Shown here one piece after another: positions 16,687-25,931 of a DNA stretch of 64,000 nt (positions within the stretch are counted from its first letter, which is position 1; every line of letters starts with the position of its first letter). Both the position numbers and the translations under genes were made by a program. The stretch comes from Desulfuromonadales bacterium (GTDB lineage Bacteria > Desulfobacterota > Desulfuromonadia > Desulfuromonadales > SZUA-540), in assembly GCA_033549025.1 (NCBI GenBank), contig JAWSUS010000001.1, positions 1-64,000 of the forward strand, read 5' to 3'. The notes below the pieces were generated by a model. It ran no database searches, was not told where the DNA came from, and saw only the letters and a list, made by a program, of their open reading frames with translations.

Positions 16687-17205
16687 ATGGCGACTGTGCG
16701 CCGCCGCTCTCGGGTCGAGACCGAGCTTCCGGCCAACCTGAGGCAAGAGGCCAACCGGCTGATTCTCGAAGGGCTGACCTATGAAGACCTTGCCACCTGG
16801 TCGGCTTCCCGAGGGTTCGACATCAGCCGCAGCTCTTGGGGGCGGTATGGCAAAGAGTTTTATGAGGCGTATCAGGCGGTAAAGCGGTTTGAGGATCAGA
16901 GCCGCGCCCTGACAGGAGAGGCAGGTGACGGGCTGACCATGGAAGAAGCGGTCAGCAAGCTGCTGATGCAGAAGGTCATGGCCGCGATCACTTCGGGAGA
17001 CTTCGACATCCTCGAAATACCGAGACTGCTGGGGGATGTCGCCAAGCTGCAAAGCTCAAGCATTCAGCGAGAGAAGCTTAAGGATGAGTTTTCACGGCGG
17101 GCTCGCGAGACCGCTGACAAGGTTGGGAAGATCGCCAGTCGCGGCGGCCTGACCGCCGAAACCGTTGACCAGATCCGCAGCGAGATCCTTGGGATAGCCA
17201 AATGA
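16687..17205 (+). CDS. Terminase small subunit (Mu gp27/DUF3486-like)
   Basis: RRSRVETELP, ISRSSWGRY, IRSEILGI; precedes terL. Confidence 0.85.
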   Translation: MATVRRRSRVETELPANLRQEANRLILEGLTYEDLATWSASRGFDISRSSWGRYGKEFYEAYQAVKRFEDQSRALTGEAGDGLTMEEAVSKLLMQKVMAAITSGDFDILEIPRLLGDVAKLQSSSIQREKLKDEFSRRARETADKVGKIASRGGLTAETVDQIRSEILGIAK

Positions 17206-18728
17206 CCTTAGCCCCTGTGCTCCCCAACACGACCAAAGCGGCACCGCCTCCGGTGCTGCTGCCCTATCAGCAGCGCTGGATTTCTGACCAGTCGCAGCTG
17301 AAGGTCGCCGAGAAGTCGCGTCGTGTCGGGCTGACCTGGGCCGAGGCGGCCGATGATGTGCTGATTGCAGCCGAGGCCGGCGGTCAGAATGTCTACTATA
17401 TCGGCTACAACCAGGACATGGCCATCGAGTATATCGAGGCCTGCGGCATGTGGGCCAGGGCGTTCAACCAGGCCGCCTCAGCGGTCGAAGAGGGGCTCTG
17501 GGAAGACGGCAAGGAAGACATCAAGACCTACACGATACGCTTCCCCGGCAGCGGCCGGCGAATCGTCGCTCTTTCCAGCCGTCCTGCCAACCTGCGAGGC
17601 AAGCAGGGCGTGGTGGTCATCGACGAAGCGGCCTTCCACGACAAACTGGGCGAGCTGCTTAAAGCCGCGCTGGCCCTTTTGATATGGGGCGGCCGAGTGC
17701 GGGTGATCTCCACCCATGACGGTGTTGGCAACCCCTTCAACGAGCTGATCCAGCAGATTAAGGCCAAGAAGCGCAAAGGGTCCGTATTCAGGTGCGACTT
17801 CCAGGAAGCGATCGAAGAGGGCCTTTATCGGCGGGTCTGCCTGAGGCTGGGCCGCGAATGGGTTGCCACGGAAGAAGAGGCCTGGGTGAAGGACGTCTAC
17901 GACTTCTATGGAGACGATGCCGAAGAGGAGCTTGATGTTGTCCCCAAAGAGTCTGCCGGCGCTTATCTGCCCGGGGTGCTGATCGAGGCGCGGATGAAGC
18001 CCGTGCCGATCGTGCGACTGGCCAAGAAGGACGATTTCGGTGAATACCCCGAGCATCTGCGCCGGGCCGAGATCGCCGACTGGTGCAAAGATAACCTGCT
18101 GCCGCGCCTGGAGCAGCTTGACTCGCGCCGCGAGCACGTCTTGGGCGAAGACTTCGCCCGATCGGGAGACCTGACGGTGCTCTCTCCGGCCGAGATCGGC
18201 CAGGACCTGGTGCGCCGTGTCCCCTTCCAGGTCGAGCTGCGCAACATCCCCTTTGCCCAGCAAGAGCAAATCCTCTGGTACATCCTAGACCGGCTGCCGC
18301 ACTTCCGCTCGGCAGCGCTGGACAGCCGGGGCAACGGCCAGCAGCTGGCGGAAAACACCGCCGACAAGTACGGCCGCGAGCGCATCCACCAGGTAATGCT
18401 CTCGGACAAGTTCTACGCCGAGCAGTTCCCGGCTTTCAAGACGGCCTTCGAGGACGCCATGATCGAGGTTCCCCGGGATTCGGACGTCAAGGACGACCTG
18501 CGCGCCGTCCAGGTGATCGGCGGTACGCCGAAAATCCCCAAGACGACTGGCCAGGGGAAGAAGGGCGAGCGCCGCCACGGCGACGCGGCGATCGCGCTGC
18601 TGCTCATGTGGCACGCCAGTCAGCAGGATGGCGGCGAGTACGCCTATCACCCGGTCAGAAAACACGACGATATTCCTCGCCAAATCCGCGCGACGGCTGG
18701 TGTCGGACGCGGGAAAGGACTCTGGTAA
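17202..18728 (+). CDS. Terminase large subunit (Mu gp28-like)
   Basis: LLPYQQRW, KSRRVGLTW, VVIDEAAFH, DFARSGD, RHGDAAIA. Confidence 0.95.
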   Translation: MTLAPVLPNTTKAAPPPVLLPYQQRWISDQSQLKVAEKSRRVGLTWAEAADDVLIAAEAGGQNVYYIGYNQDMAIEYIEACGMWARAFNQAASAVEEGLWEDGKEDIKTYTIRFPGSGRRIVALSSRPANLRGKQGVVVIDEAAFHDKLGELLKAALALLIWGGRVRVISTHDGVGNPFNELIQQIKAKKRKGSVFRCDFQEAIEEGLYRRVCLRLGREWVATEEEAWVKDVYDFYGDDAEEELDVVPKESAGAYLPGVLIEARMKPVPIVRLAKKDDFGEYPEHLRRAEIADWCKDNLLPRLEQLDSRREHVLGEDFARSGDLTVLSPAEIGQDLVRRVPFQVELRNIPFAQQEQILWYILDRLPHFRSAALDSRGNGQQLAENTADKYGRERIHQVMLSDKFYAEQFPAFKTAFEDAMIEVPRDSDVKDDLRAVQVIGGTPKIPKTTGQGKKGERRHGDAAIALLLMWHASQQDGGEYAYHPVRKHDDIPRQIRATAGVGRGKGLW

Positions 18729-20279
18729 ATGGCACCCCTCTACGATGCATACGGCCGCCCGGTAATCCCCCGGGAGTTGACCCGCGAAAAGGCCGCACCG
18801 GCACTGACCGGGGTGCGCACCTTTTGGGACGATACGGTCGCCAGCGGCCTGACTCCCCCGCGTCTTGCAGCTTTGCTGCAGGCGGCGGCCATGGGGGATC
18901 ACTATGAGTTCCTCACTCTGGCCGAAGAGATGGAAGAGCGGGATCTGCACTATGCTTCCGAACTCTCCAAGCGCAAGCTGGCCGTCAGCCGCCTGCCGAT
19001 TGCCGTGGAGGCCTATAGCGACAGCCCCCAGGATGTGCGATTGGCCGATGAGGTACGCGCCCTGGTGCGACGCCCTGGTTTCCGCAATCTGATTAAGGAT
19101 CTGCTCGATGCGCTGGGCAAGGGGTATTCCGTCGTGGAGATTCTCTGGGATCGCACTGGCCCCAGGTGGATTCCTCAAAAGTACAAGTATCGCGACCCCA
19201 GGTTTTTCCAGTTCGACCAGGTCTCCCGCTCCGAGATCCGCCTGCGGGACGAAGCCGATCTGGCCAACGGGGTGGCGCTTTCGCCCTTTGGCTTCATCGC
19301 GCATGTGCCTCGCATCAAGACAGGCATCCCCATTCGCGGAGGTCTGGCCCGCCTGGCTGCCTGGGCTTACATGTGCAAGGGGTACACGGTCAAGGACTGG
19401 TTGGCGTTCGCTGAGGTGTTTGGGCTGCCGATCCGGCTGGGCAAGTACAATGCCAGCGCCAGCGTCGACGATATCGCGGTGCTCAAGAGCGCGGTGGCCA
19501 ACATCGGCAGTGACGCGGCGGCGGTAATTCCCGAGTCGATGCAGCTGGAGCTCAAAGAGGTCGCGGCCAAAGGCGGCAGCGCCGAGTTCTTCAAGACGCT
19601 GGCCCAGTACATGGACGACCAGGTCAGCAAAGGGATCTTGGGCCAGACGGCGTCCAGCTCGGGAACTCCCGGCAGGCTGGGCAACGACGATCTGCAAGCC
19701 GAGGTGCGGGACGACATCCGCGACGATGATGCTGAGCAGCTCGAAGAAACTCTGGGCCGCGACCTGGTCAAGCCATTTATCGACCTGAACTTCGGCCCGC
19801 AAGAGAACTATCCGGCCCTGCAATTGAGGGCCCCCAAGGCAGAAGACGTGGTCGCCCTGGTGACTGCTCTGGAAAAATTGGTGCCGCTGGGCCTCAAGGT
19901 CGAGCAGAGCGTGGTGCGCGACCGACTGAACATCCCCGACCCCGACCCGAAGGCCAAGCCGGAGGACCTGCTGGCCGCTCAACCTGCCCCGGCCCCGCCG
20001 GCGGTAAACCGGGCCCTGAACCGAGAGTTGAACCGGGAGCAGGACGCCCCTGACGCGGCTGCCATCATCGCCGATCGCGCTCTGGACCAGGCCGATGGCA
20101 GCGATTTGGCCGCAGCTGTCGAGAGACTGCTGGCCGAGGCGGAAAGCCTGGAGGACGTGCGTGACCGCCTGTTGGCCCTCTACCCGACGTTGGAGATCGG
20201 CCAGGCTGGCGAGGTTCTCGGAGAGGCCTTGCTGGTGGCGGATCTGGCCGGCCGGGCCGCCGTAAAGGATGAAGCATGA
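18729..20279 (+). CDS. Portal protein (Mu gp29/DUF935)
   Basis: LAEEMEERD, LLDALGKGYS, GLPIRLGKY, SKGILGQT. Confidence 0.93.
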   Translation: MAPLYDAYGRPVIPRELTREKAAPALTGVRTFWDDTVASGLTPPRLAALLQAAAMGDHYEFLTLAEEMEERDLHYASELSKRKLAVSRLPIAVEAYSDSPQDVRLADEVRALVRRPGFRNLIKDLLDALGKGYSVVEILWDRTGPRWIPQKYKYRDPRFFQFDQVSRSEIRLRDEADLANGVALSPFGFIAHVPRIKTGIPIRGGLARLAAWAYMCKGYTVKDWLAFAEVFGLPIRLGKYNASASVDDIAVLKSAVANIGSDAAAVIPESMQLELKEVAAKGGSAEFFKTLAQYMDDQVSKGILGQTASSSGTPGRLGNDDLQAEVRDDIRDDDAEQLEETLGRDLVKPFIDLNFGPQENYPALQLRAPKAEDVVALVTALEKLVPLGLKVEQSVVRDRLNIPDPDPKAKPEDLLAAQPAPAPPAVNRALNRELNREQDAPDAAAIIADRALDQADGSDLAAAVERLLAEAESLEDVRDRLLALYPTLEIGQAGEVLGEALLVADLAGRAAVKDEA

Positions 20280-21475
20280 CCGTCACTGCTCTCGATCTGC
20301 CCTTTGCCGAAGCGATTGCCTATTTTCGGCAGAAGGTCAACATCCCGACCGAACGGTGGGATGACCTGCGGACCGGCATGCATACGCGGGGTTTCATGAT
20401 TGCCGGCGCTCAGAGAGACAGCCTGTTGGCCGACTTCCGGACCGCCATCGACAAGGCCATTGCCGAGGGTGGCACCCTGGAGAGTTTTCGGAAAGACTTT
20501 GACCGCATCGTGACCACCCACGGCTGGAGCTACAACGGGTCGCGGGGCTGGCGTAGCCGGGTGATCTATGAGACGAACCTGCGCACCGCCCACCAGGCAG
20601 GACGCTATGCACAGATGACCGACCCGGACGTGCTCAGTTATCGCCCCTATTGGCGCTACCGGCACGGTGACAGCCGGCATCCCCGGCCGCAGCACCTGGC
20701 CTGGGACGGGCTGGTGCTGGCGGCGGACGCCCCCTGGTGGCAAACGCACTATCCACCCAACGACTGGGGCTGCAAGTGTTTCGTCGAAGCGCTCAGCGGC
20801 CGTCAGCTGCGCAAGCTCGGCAAGGACGAACCCGACGACGCTCCGGACAGCCCCATCAACCCGACCACCGGAACGCCGGAAGGAATCGGCAAGGGGTGGG
20901 ACTACAACGTGGGCGAAGCCGCCTGGGGGCGCAATGAAGCGGCCCGGCTCATGGAAGATCAGGGCCCGTGGCAGGACTTGCACCCCTGGGGTCCGGAGAG
21001 GTTTGGCCGTCCTGAAAAGCTGACCCCCGTTCCGGCGGCCGCACGACTGGGCCGCATAGTGCCAAAGGGGGACGAGGCAGCCCTGCGGCAGAGCTTGCGA
21101 GATGCCATCGGCGGCGAAGCGGCCGACATGGCCGACCCGACCGGCACGCCCGTACGGGTGACGCAGGCACTGGTGGACCACATCTTGGCCGAACCCGATG
21201 AGCGATGGGATGGCCGGGAAGCTTATTTCCCTCTGATCCGCGACCTGATCGAAGACCCGCAGGAGATCTGGGTCAATTTCGCGCGCAGCGAATTGTCGGG
21301 GCGCGTGGCCTTGCGCCGCAAGTATGTCAAAGCCGTTCGGCTCTCAAGCAACAAGGTGCTGGGCCTGTATGCCGAAATCGAAAACGGTCACTGGGTCAGC
21401 GGGAATATGTTCAGAGGGGGATTAACCGGCGCCAGCAACCTGCGCAAGGGGCGGCTGGTGTATGGCAAGGATTAA
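20276..21475 (+). CDS. MuF head morphogenesis protein with C-terminal PBECR-like nuclease domain
   Basis: IYETNLRTA, YWRY, RPQH, YPPNDWGCKC MuF motifs; extra C-terminal domain with H...DGREAY...IEDPQEIW...RRKYVK. Confidence 0.88.
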   Translation: MTVTALDLPFAEAIAYFRQKVNIPTERWDDLRTGMHTRGFMIAGAQRDSLLADFRTAIDKAIAEGGTLESFRKDFDRIVTTHGWSYNGSRGWRSRVIYETNLRTAHQAGRYAQMTDPDVLSYRPYWRYRHGDSRHPRPQHLAWDGLVLAADAPWWQTHYPPNDWGCKCFVEALSGRQLRKLGKDEPDDAPDSPINPTTGTPEGIGKGWDYNVGEAAWGRNEAARLMEDQGPWQDLHPWGPERFGRPEKLTPVPAAARLGRIVPKGDEAALRQSLRDAIGGEAADMADPTGTPVRVTQALVDHILAEPDERWDGREAYFPLIRDLIEDPQEIWVNFARSELSGRVALRRKYVKAVRLSSNKVLGLYAEIENGHWVSGNMFRGGLTGASNLRKGRLVYGKD

Positions 21476-21546
21476 GCTCTCACTCCCCGTGCGGAGTGCA
21501 GCGCCCGGCAACCGGTTATCGGGGCACGGCCCAACCGACGCCTGCA
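21476..21546 (-). ncRNA. Candidate structured small RNA convergent with muF
   Basis: Downstream of minus-strand TTGACT-17-TAAATT; ends TGCAG/CTGCA pair, inner CGGTT/AACCG and GGGC/GCCC stems, 3' CACTCC/GGAGTG hairpin. Confidence 0.5.
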
Positions 21547-21551
21547 ATATC

Positions 21552-21580
21552 AATTTAACGGGAGCCCAGGGAGAAGTCAA
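21552..21580 (-). promoter_or_regulatory. Antisense sigma70 promoter
   Basis: TTGACT (21580-21575), 17 bp, TAAATT (21557-21552). Confidence 0.6.
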
Positions 21581-22141
21581 ATGGCCGGAGCGGGTCTGGA
21601 CTTTAACACCAGCATAGACGACCGGGACCTCCGGGAGATGTTGCGCCGCCTGGCGCGCGCGGCCAGGGACATGTCCCCGGCCATGAAGAACATCGGCGAA
21701 CACCTGGTGCAGGCCACCGAAGAGCGCTTCCGAACGGAAACCGGACCGGACGGGCAGAAATGGGCCGATGTTTCGGAGAAAAGAAAGGCGCGCAAGAAGC
21801 ACCCTAAGATCCTGACCGAAAGCCTGCGGCTGCGCCAGTCGATCCACCCAGAGGCCAGCAAGGACAAAGTCGTGGTTGGGACCGATGTCCCCTACGCCGC
21901 CGCCCATCAGTTCGGGTTTTCCGGTCAGGTGCAGGTGCCGCAGCACAACCGGCGGATCACCAAGGTTTTTGGCAAGAAGTTGAAATTCCCGGTCTGGGGC
22001 ACGGTCAACCCGTTCTCGTTCCAGCAGGAGATCCCGGCCCGGCCCTTCCTGGGCATCGATGAGGACGACCAGGAAGAGATTCGAGGCATTATCGAAGATC
22101 ATATCGCCTTCGCCCTTAAAAAAGCTCCTGAGAGCGATTAG
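21581..22141 (+). CDS. Virion morphogenesis protein (Mu gpG-like)
   Basis: RFRTETGPDGQKW, VGTDVPYAAAHQFG, IPARPFLG. Confidence 0.9.
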   Translation: MAGAGLDFNTSIDDRDLREMLRRLARAARDMSPAMKNIGEHLVQATEERFRTETGPDGQKWADVSEKRKARKKHPKILTESLRLRQSIHPEASKDKVVVGTDVPYAAAHQFGFSGQVQVPQHNRRITKVFGKKLKFPVWGTVNPFSFQQEIPARPFLGIDEDDQEEIRGIIEDHIAFALKKAPESD

Positions 22142-22225
22142 GACACCCGAACCCATACAAAGGGTGCCGCATTGAAAGAACGTCGAATACAGAGAGTTTT
22201 AAAAAGGGTTTAAACACGGTTCTGA

Positions 22226-23275
22226 ATGAGGTCATCGATGGGAAAAGCAAGATTCGTCGTAATAACGACAAAAGCAGAGGAGTTGAAGGCCCTTAACGGT
22301 GTCTCCCTCCCCGAGGGATGTGGCGTCGTGGCTCTGAACTTCGAGATGCCGACGGACGGCAGCGTGCCGGAGCACATCGAACTGATTCCGGCCGGTGAAG
22401 TCGTCCAGGGCCGTGACGGCCGCACCTTTCTGAACGACAGTCCGGCCGGGCTGTCGGAGGCGTTCGCCCAGGACGGCAAGGATATCCCCGTCGACTGGGA
22501 GCATGCCACCGAGCTGCGCGCCCCCAATGGCCTGCCCGCGCCGGCGGCCGGCTGGATCAAGGAGATCGTCACCCGTGAAGACGGGTCGGTCTGGGGCCGC
22601 GTCGACTGGACCGAGAAGGGGCGGGCATCGGTGGCGGGCCGCGAATACCGCTATGTCTCCCCCGTGTTCATATTCGAAAAGGAGAGCCGCCGCATCCTGC
22701 GGATAACATCTGTGGGCCTGACCAATCAGCCCAACCTGCGGCTCAAAGGACTCAACCATCAACAGAAGGAGGAAGAGATGCTTCCAAAGGAACTGCTGGC
22801 CAAACTCGGCCTGCCCGAGAACGCCACCCTGGAGCAGGCGATGAACGCCATTGCCAAAATCCAGGGCGACCTGACCACCGCCCTCAACCGGGCGGAGAGC
22901 CCCAGCCTGGACAAGTTCATCCCGCGCGCCGACTACGATGCCGCCATGAACCGCGCCACCACCGCCGAGCAGAAGCTGGTCGCCCGCGACCAGGCCGACC
23001 TCGACAAAGAGATCAACGCCGAAGTCGACGCCGCCGTCAAAGCAGGCAAGATCACTCCGGCCACCGTCGAGTTCTACAAGGCCAGCTGCCGGGCAGAAGG
23101 CGGCATGGAGGCCTTCCGGAAATTCGTGGAGGCGGCGCCGGTGTTGGGAGCGCCTTCGGATCTGGACGGCAAGGCGCCCGAAAAGGGCGACCGCGCCCTG
23201 AACGCCCAGGAGCAGCTCATTGCCGAAATGTTCGGCAACAGCGCCGAGGATCTCAAAAAGTTCGGCCAGGCATAA
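22226..23275 (+). CDS. Prohead protease (Mu gpI-like) with in-frame scaffold start at 22778
   Basis: GRDGR, VDWEH, PAAGW, EYRYVSPVF, LTNQPNL; internal AGGAGG RBS + ATG 22778; exact 5' start uncertain. Confidence 0.9.
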   Translation: MRSSMGKARFVVITTKAEELKALNGVSLPEGCGVVALNFEMPTDGSVPEHIELIPAGEVVQGRDGRTFLNDSPAGLSEAFAQDGKDIPVDWEHATELRAPNGLPAPAAGWIKEIVTREDGSVWGRVDWTEKGRASVAGREYRYVSPVFIFEKESRRILRITSVGLTNQPNLRLKGLNHQQKEEEMLPKELLAKLGLPENATLEQAMNAIAKIQGDLTTALNRAESPSLDKFIPRADYDAAMNRATTAEQKLVARDQADLDKEINAEVDAAVKAGKITPATVEFYKASCRAEGGMEAFRKFVEAAPVLGAPSDLDGKAPEKGDRALNAQEQLIAEMFGNSAEDLKKFGQA

Positions 23276-23299
23276 GCCGGCCCCAACCCTTAGAGGAGG

Positions 23300-23716
23300 A
23301 TGAACGCCATGGCACTGTCTGCCGATCGCAACACCCCCATGAAGGATGGCGAGCTGATCGCCGTCCCCGTCGCCGCCACGGCGAAAATTTACGCCGGGTC
23401 TCTGGTTGTGGCCAACGCCACGGGTTACGCCGCTCCCGGATCCACCGCCCTGAACCTGACCGCCCTGGGTCGCGCCGAAGAATACAAGGATAACTCCGCC
23501 GGGGCGGACGGCGCCCTGACCGTACTGGTGCGCCGGGGCAAGGCCTTCAAGTTCGCCAATGACGGTGTCGCTCCGGTGACTCAGGCCGCCGTCGGCAAGA
23601 CCTGCTACATCGTCGATGACGAGACGGTGGCCGCGACGGACGGCACCGGCACCCGCAGCGCCGCCGGCACAGTCATTGCCGTCGATTCGGACGGCGTCTG
23701 GGTCGAAATCGGCTAA
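23300..23716 (+). CDS. Head decoration/cement protein
   Basis: ALSADRNTP...CYIVDDETV...GVWV, between protease and capsid genes. Confidence 0.75.
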   Translation: MNAMALSADRNTPMKDGELIAVPVAATAKIYAGSLVVANATGYAAPGSTALNLTALGRAEEYKDNSAGADGALTVLVRRGKAFKFANDGVAPVTQAAVGKTCYIVDDETVAATDGTGTRSAAGTVIAVDSDGVWVEIG

Positions 23717-23760
23717 CCAGTCACGTTTTTTACACCCCTTTCAACGGAGGATAAACAGTC

Positions 23761-24801
23761 ATGAAAAAAACCTTTACCACTCTCGGGATCTGGGCTGCGC
23801 TGATCGTCATCGCCCTGGCCTGTTTCCCCGCCGCCGCCCTGGCGAAACCGGCGGGCGAAACCACGGGCTTGCTGCCCATGCTTGGCTTTGCCGGCATGAT
23901 CGTCAACGCCGAGGCCATCAAGAACATCTTCATCAACCTCAAGGCGACCTTCAACAAGGCCTTCGACGCCGCGCCCAGTGTTTGGGAAAAGATCGCCATG
24001 CTGGTGCCTTCCGGCGGCAGCCAGAACGACTACAGTTGGTTCGAGAACTTCCCCCGCATGCGCAAATGGGTGGGGGAGAAGGTCATCAAGGCGCTCAAGG
24101 CGCACAAGTACACCATCGTCAACGATGACTTCGAGGCGACGGTGGAAGTCGACCGCAACAACATCGAGGACGACAACCTCGGGATCTACGCCCCCCAGGC
24201 GCAGATGGCCGGCTTCAGTGCGAAGCAGCTGCCCGACGAGATCGTCATGGACCTGGTCAACGAAGGTTTCGCCAGCCAGTGCTATGACGGCCAGTATTTC
24301 TTCGACACCGACCACCCTGTCGGCGAAGGCAGTGTCAGCAACAAGGGGACCGTGGCTCTGTCCGTCGCCACCCAGGCCGCCGCGCAGGCGTCCTACGGCG
24401 CCGCCCGCACCGCCATGCGCAAGTTCAAGGACGAGGATGGCCGGCCGCTGAACATCACCCCGAACGTGCTGCTCGTGCCGCCCGCCCTGGAGGACATCGC
24501 CCGCGCCCTGGTCACCAATGACCGTCTGGAAGACGGCAAGCCCAACCCCTACAAGGGGACGGCCGAAGTGGTGGTGGATGCCCGCCTGACTTCGGATACC
24601 GCCTGGTTCCTGCTCGACACCACCAAGCCTGTGCGCCCCTTCATCTATCAGGAGCGCAAGAAGCCGGTCTTCGTGCAGCAGACGGAGATGAACAGCGACA
24701 ACGTCTTCCTGGCGAAGAAGTACCGCTTCGGCGCCGAAGCCCGCGCGGCCGGTGGCTATGGCCTCTGGCAGCTCGCCTACGGCAGCACCGGCGTCGGCTA
24801 A
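23761..24801 (+). CDS. Major capsid protein (Mu gpT-like) with N-terminal hydrophobic extension
   Basis: PRMRKWVGE, FEATVEVDRNNIEDD, YDGQYFFDTDH, GYGLWQLAYGS. Confidence 0.93.
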   Translation: MKKTFTTLGIWAALIVIALACFPAAALAKPAGETTGLLPMLGFAGMIVNAEAIKNIFINLKATFNKAFDAAPSVWEKIAMLVPSGGSQNDYSWFENFPRMRKWVGEKVIKALKAHKYTIVNDDFEATVEVDRNNIEDDNLGIYAPQAQMAGFSAKQLPDEIVMDLVNEGFASQCYDGQYFFDTDHPVGEGSVSNKGTVALSVATQAAAQASYGAARTAMRKFKDEDGRPLNITPNVLLVPPALEDIARALVTNDRLEDGKPNPYKGTAEVVVDARLTSDTAWFLLDTTKPVRPFIYQERKKPVFVQQTEMNSDNVFLAKKYRFGAEARAAGGYGLWQLAYGSTGVG

Positions 24802-24815
24802 GCCCGGTAAGGAGT

Positions 24816-24848
24816 GAGGCGGCAGGGGCTGGCCCCTGCTGCCTCTTC
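24816..24848 (+). terminator. Stable hairpin after the capsid gene
   Basis: GAGGCGGCAGGGG-CTGG-CCCCTGCTGCCTC. Confidence 0.5.
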
Positions 24849-24875
24849 TGACAACTTTTCCAGGAGGATAAGCGC

Positions 24876-25052
24876 ATGATCCGCATCACGAGCAAGTACC
24901 CCGGTTTCCGCCGCTGCGGGATCGCCCATAGCAAGGAACCGACCGACTACCCCGCCGACCGCTTCAGCAAGAAAGAGCTGGCGGCTCTCAAAGCCGAGCC
25001 GATGCTGGTGGTTGAAGAGGTGGAGGAGCCCAAGAAGGGCAAGGAGAAGTAA
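24876..25052 (+). CDS. HI1506/Mu gp35-like small protein
   Basis: AGGAGG RBS; MIRITSK..GFRRCGIAH..LKAEPMLVV (below the ORF-track cutoff). Confidence 0.8.
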   Translation: MIRITSKYPGFRRCGIAHSKEPTDYPADRFSKKELAALKAEPMLVVEEVEEPKKGKEK

Positions 25053-25055
25053 ACG

Positions 25056-25481
25056 ATGTCCTACAGCACCCTGGCCGACATCCTGGAGCGCATCCCGGCC
25101 GAGATACTGCAGCAGCTCACCGACGATGCGGACACCGGATCGGTGGACGAAACGAAGGTTGCCGCGGCGATCGACCGGGCCGACAGTGAAATCGATGCCT
25201 GGTGCGGCGGCCGTTACAGCGTCCCCTTTGCCACGGTGCCGGCCATTATCGTCGAACTTTCCGCCGACCTGGCCACCTACTACCTCTACATGCGCCGGCA
25301 GGAAATCCTGCCTGAGGCGCGCCTTGGCCAGTACCGGGCCAACCAGAACATGCTCAAGGCCATTTCGTCGGGGCAGGTGCAACTGCCCGGCGCCGCGACC
25401 GCCAAAACGGGAACGGTGCGCATCGAGGTCACCGGCAATGACCGGCTTTTCTCCCGGGACAAGCTGAAAGGAGCTTTTTAA
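25056..25481 (+). CDS. Head-tail adaptor (Mu gp36/DUF1320)
   Basis: MSYSTLADI, ADSEIDAW, RYSVP, LFSRDKLKG. Confidence 0.88.
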   Translation: MSYSTLADILERIPAEILQQLTDDADTGSVDETKVAAAIDRADSEIDAWCGGRYSVPFATVPAIIVELSADLATYYLYMRRQEILPEARLGQYRANQNMLKAISSGQVQLPGAATAKTGTVRIEVTGNDRLFSRDKLKGAF

Positions 25482-25484
25482 CCC

Positions 25485-25919
25485 ATGACCTACGCCGAAA
25501 TCGAAGACCAGTGTCACGCCGCTCTCGAACCCCTGAAGGCCGAAGGGCTGAAAACCTTGAAAAGCTACGGTGGCGAATTCAGCCCCGACTCTTTCGGGCT
25601 CTTCCCCATCACCTTCCCGGCCTTGATGTACTGCGTGACCGGCTTCGAAAACGAGGTGCGCGGCAGCCTGGATGTTCAGGATCTGGAGATTGAAGTCTAC
25701 GCCGCTGCCCGCGATCTGCGTGGCGAGGACGAGGCGCGCCAGGGCGCCTACGCCACCACCGAGCTAGCCAGGGGAAAGCTGAACCGTCTGCCGATCCCTG
25801 GCGCTGGCCGCCTGGTGCTCAAGCGGGAGAGAATCGTCGGGTACAGCCGTCAACTGAACCTCTGCGTCATGCGGGCTGTTTATCACCTGCGGGCGCAGCA
25901 ACCAGCAGTCACCAATTAA
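25485..25919 (+). CDS. Tail terminator-like protein (Mu gp37-like)
   Basis: EIED, KSYGGEF, FPA; position. Confidence 0.7.
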   Translation: MTYAEIEDQCHAALEPLKAEGLKTLKSYGGEFSPDSFGLFPITFPALMYCVTGFENEVRGSLDVQDLEIEVYAAARDLRGEDEARQGAYATTELARGKLNRLPIPGAGRLVLKRERIVGYSRQLNLCVMRAVYHLRAQQPAVTN

Positions 25920-25931
25920 AGGAGCAACACT

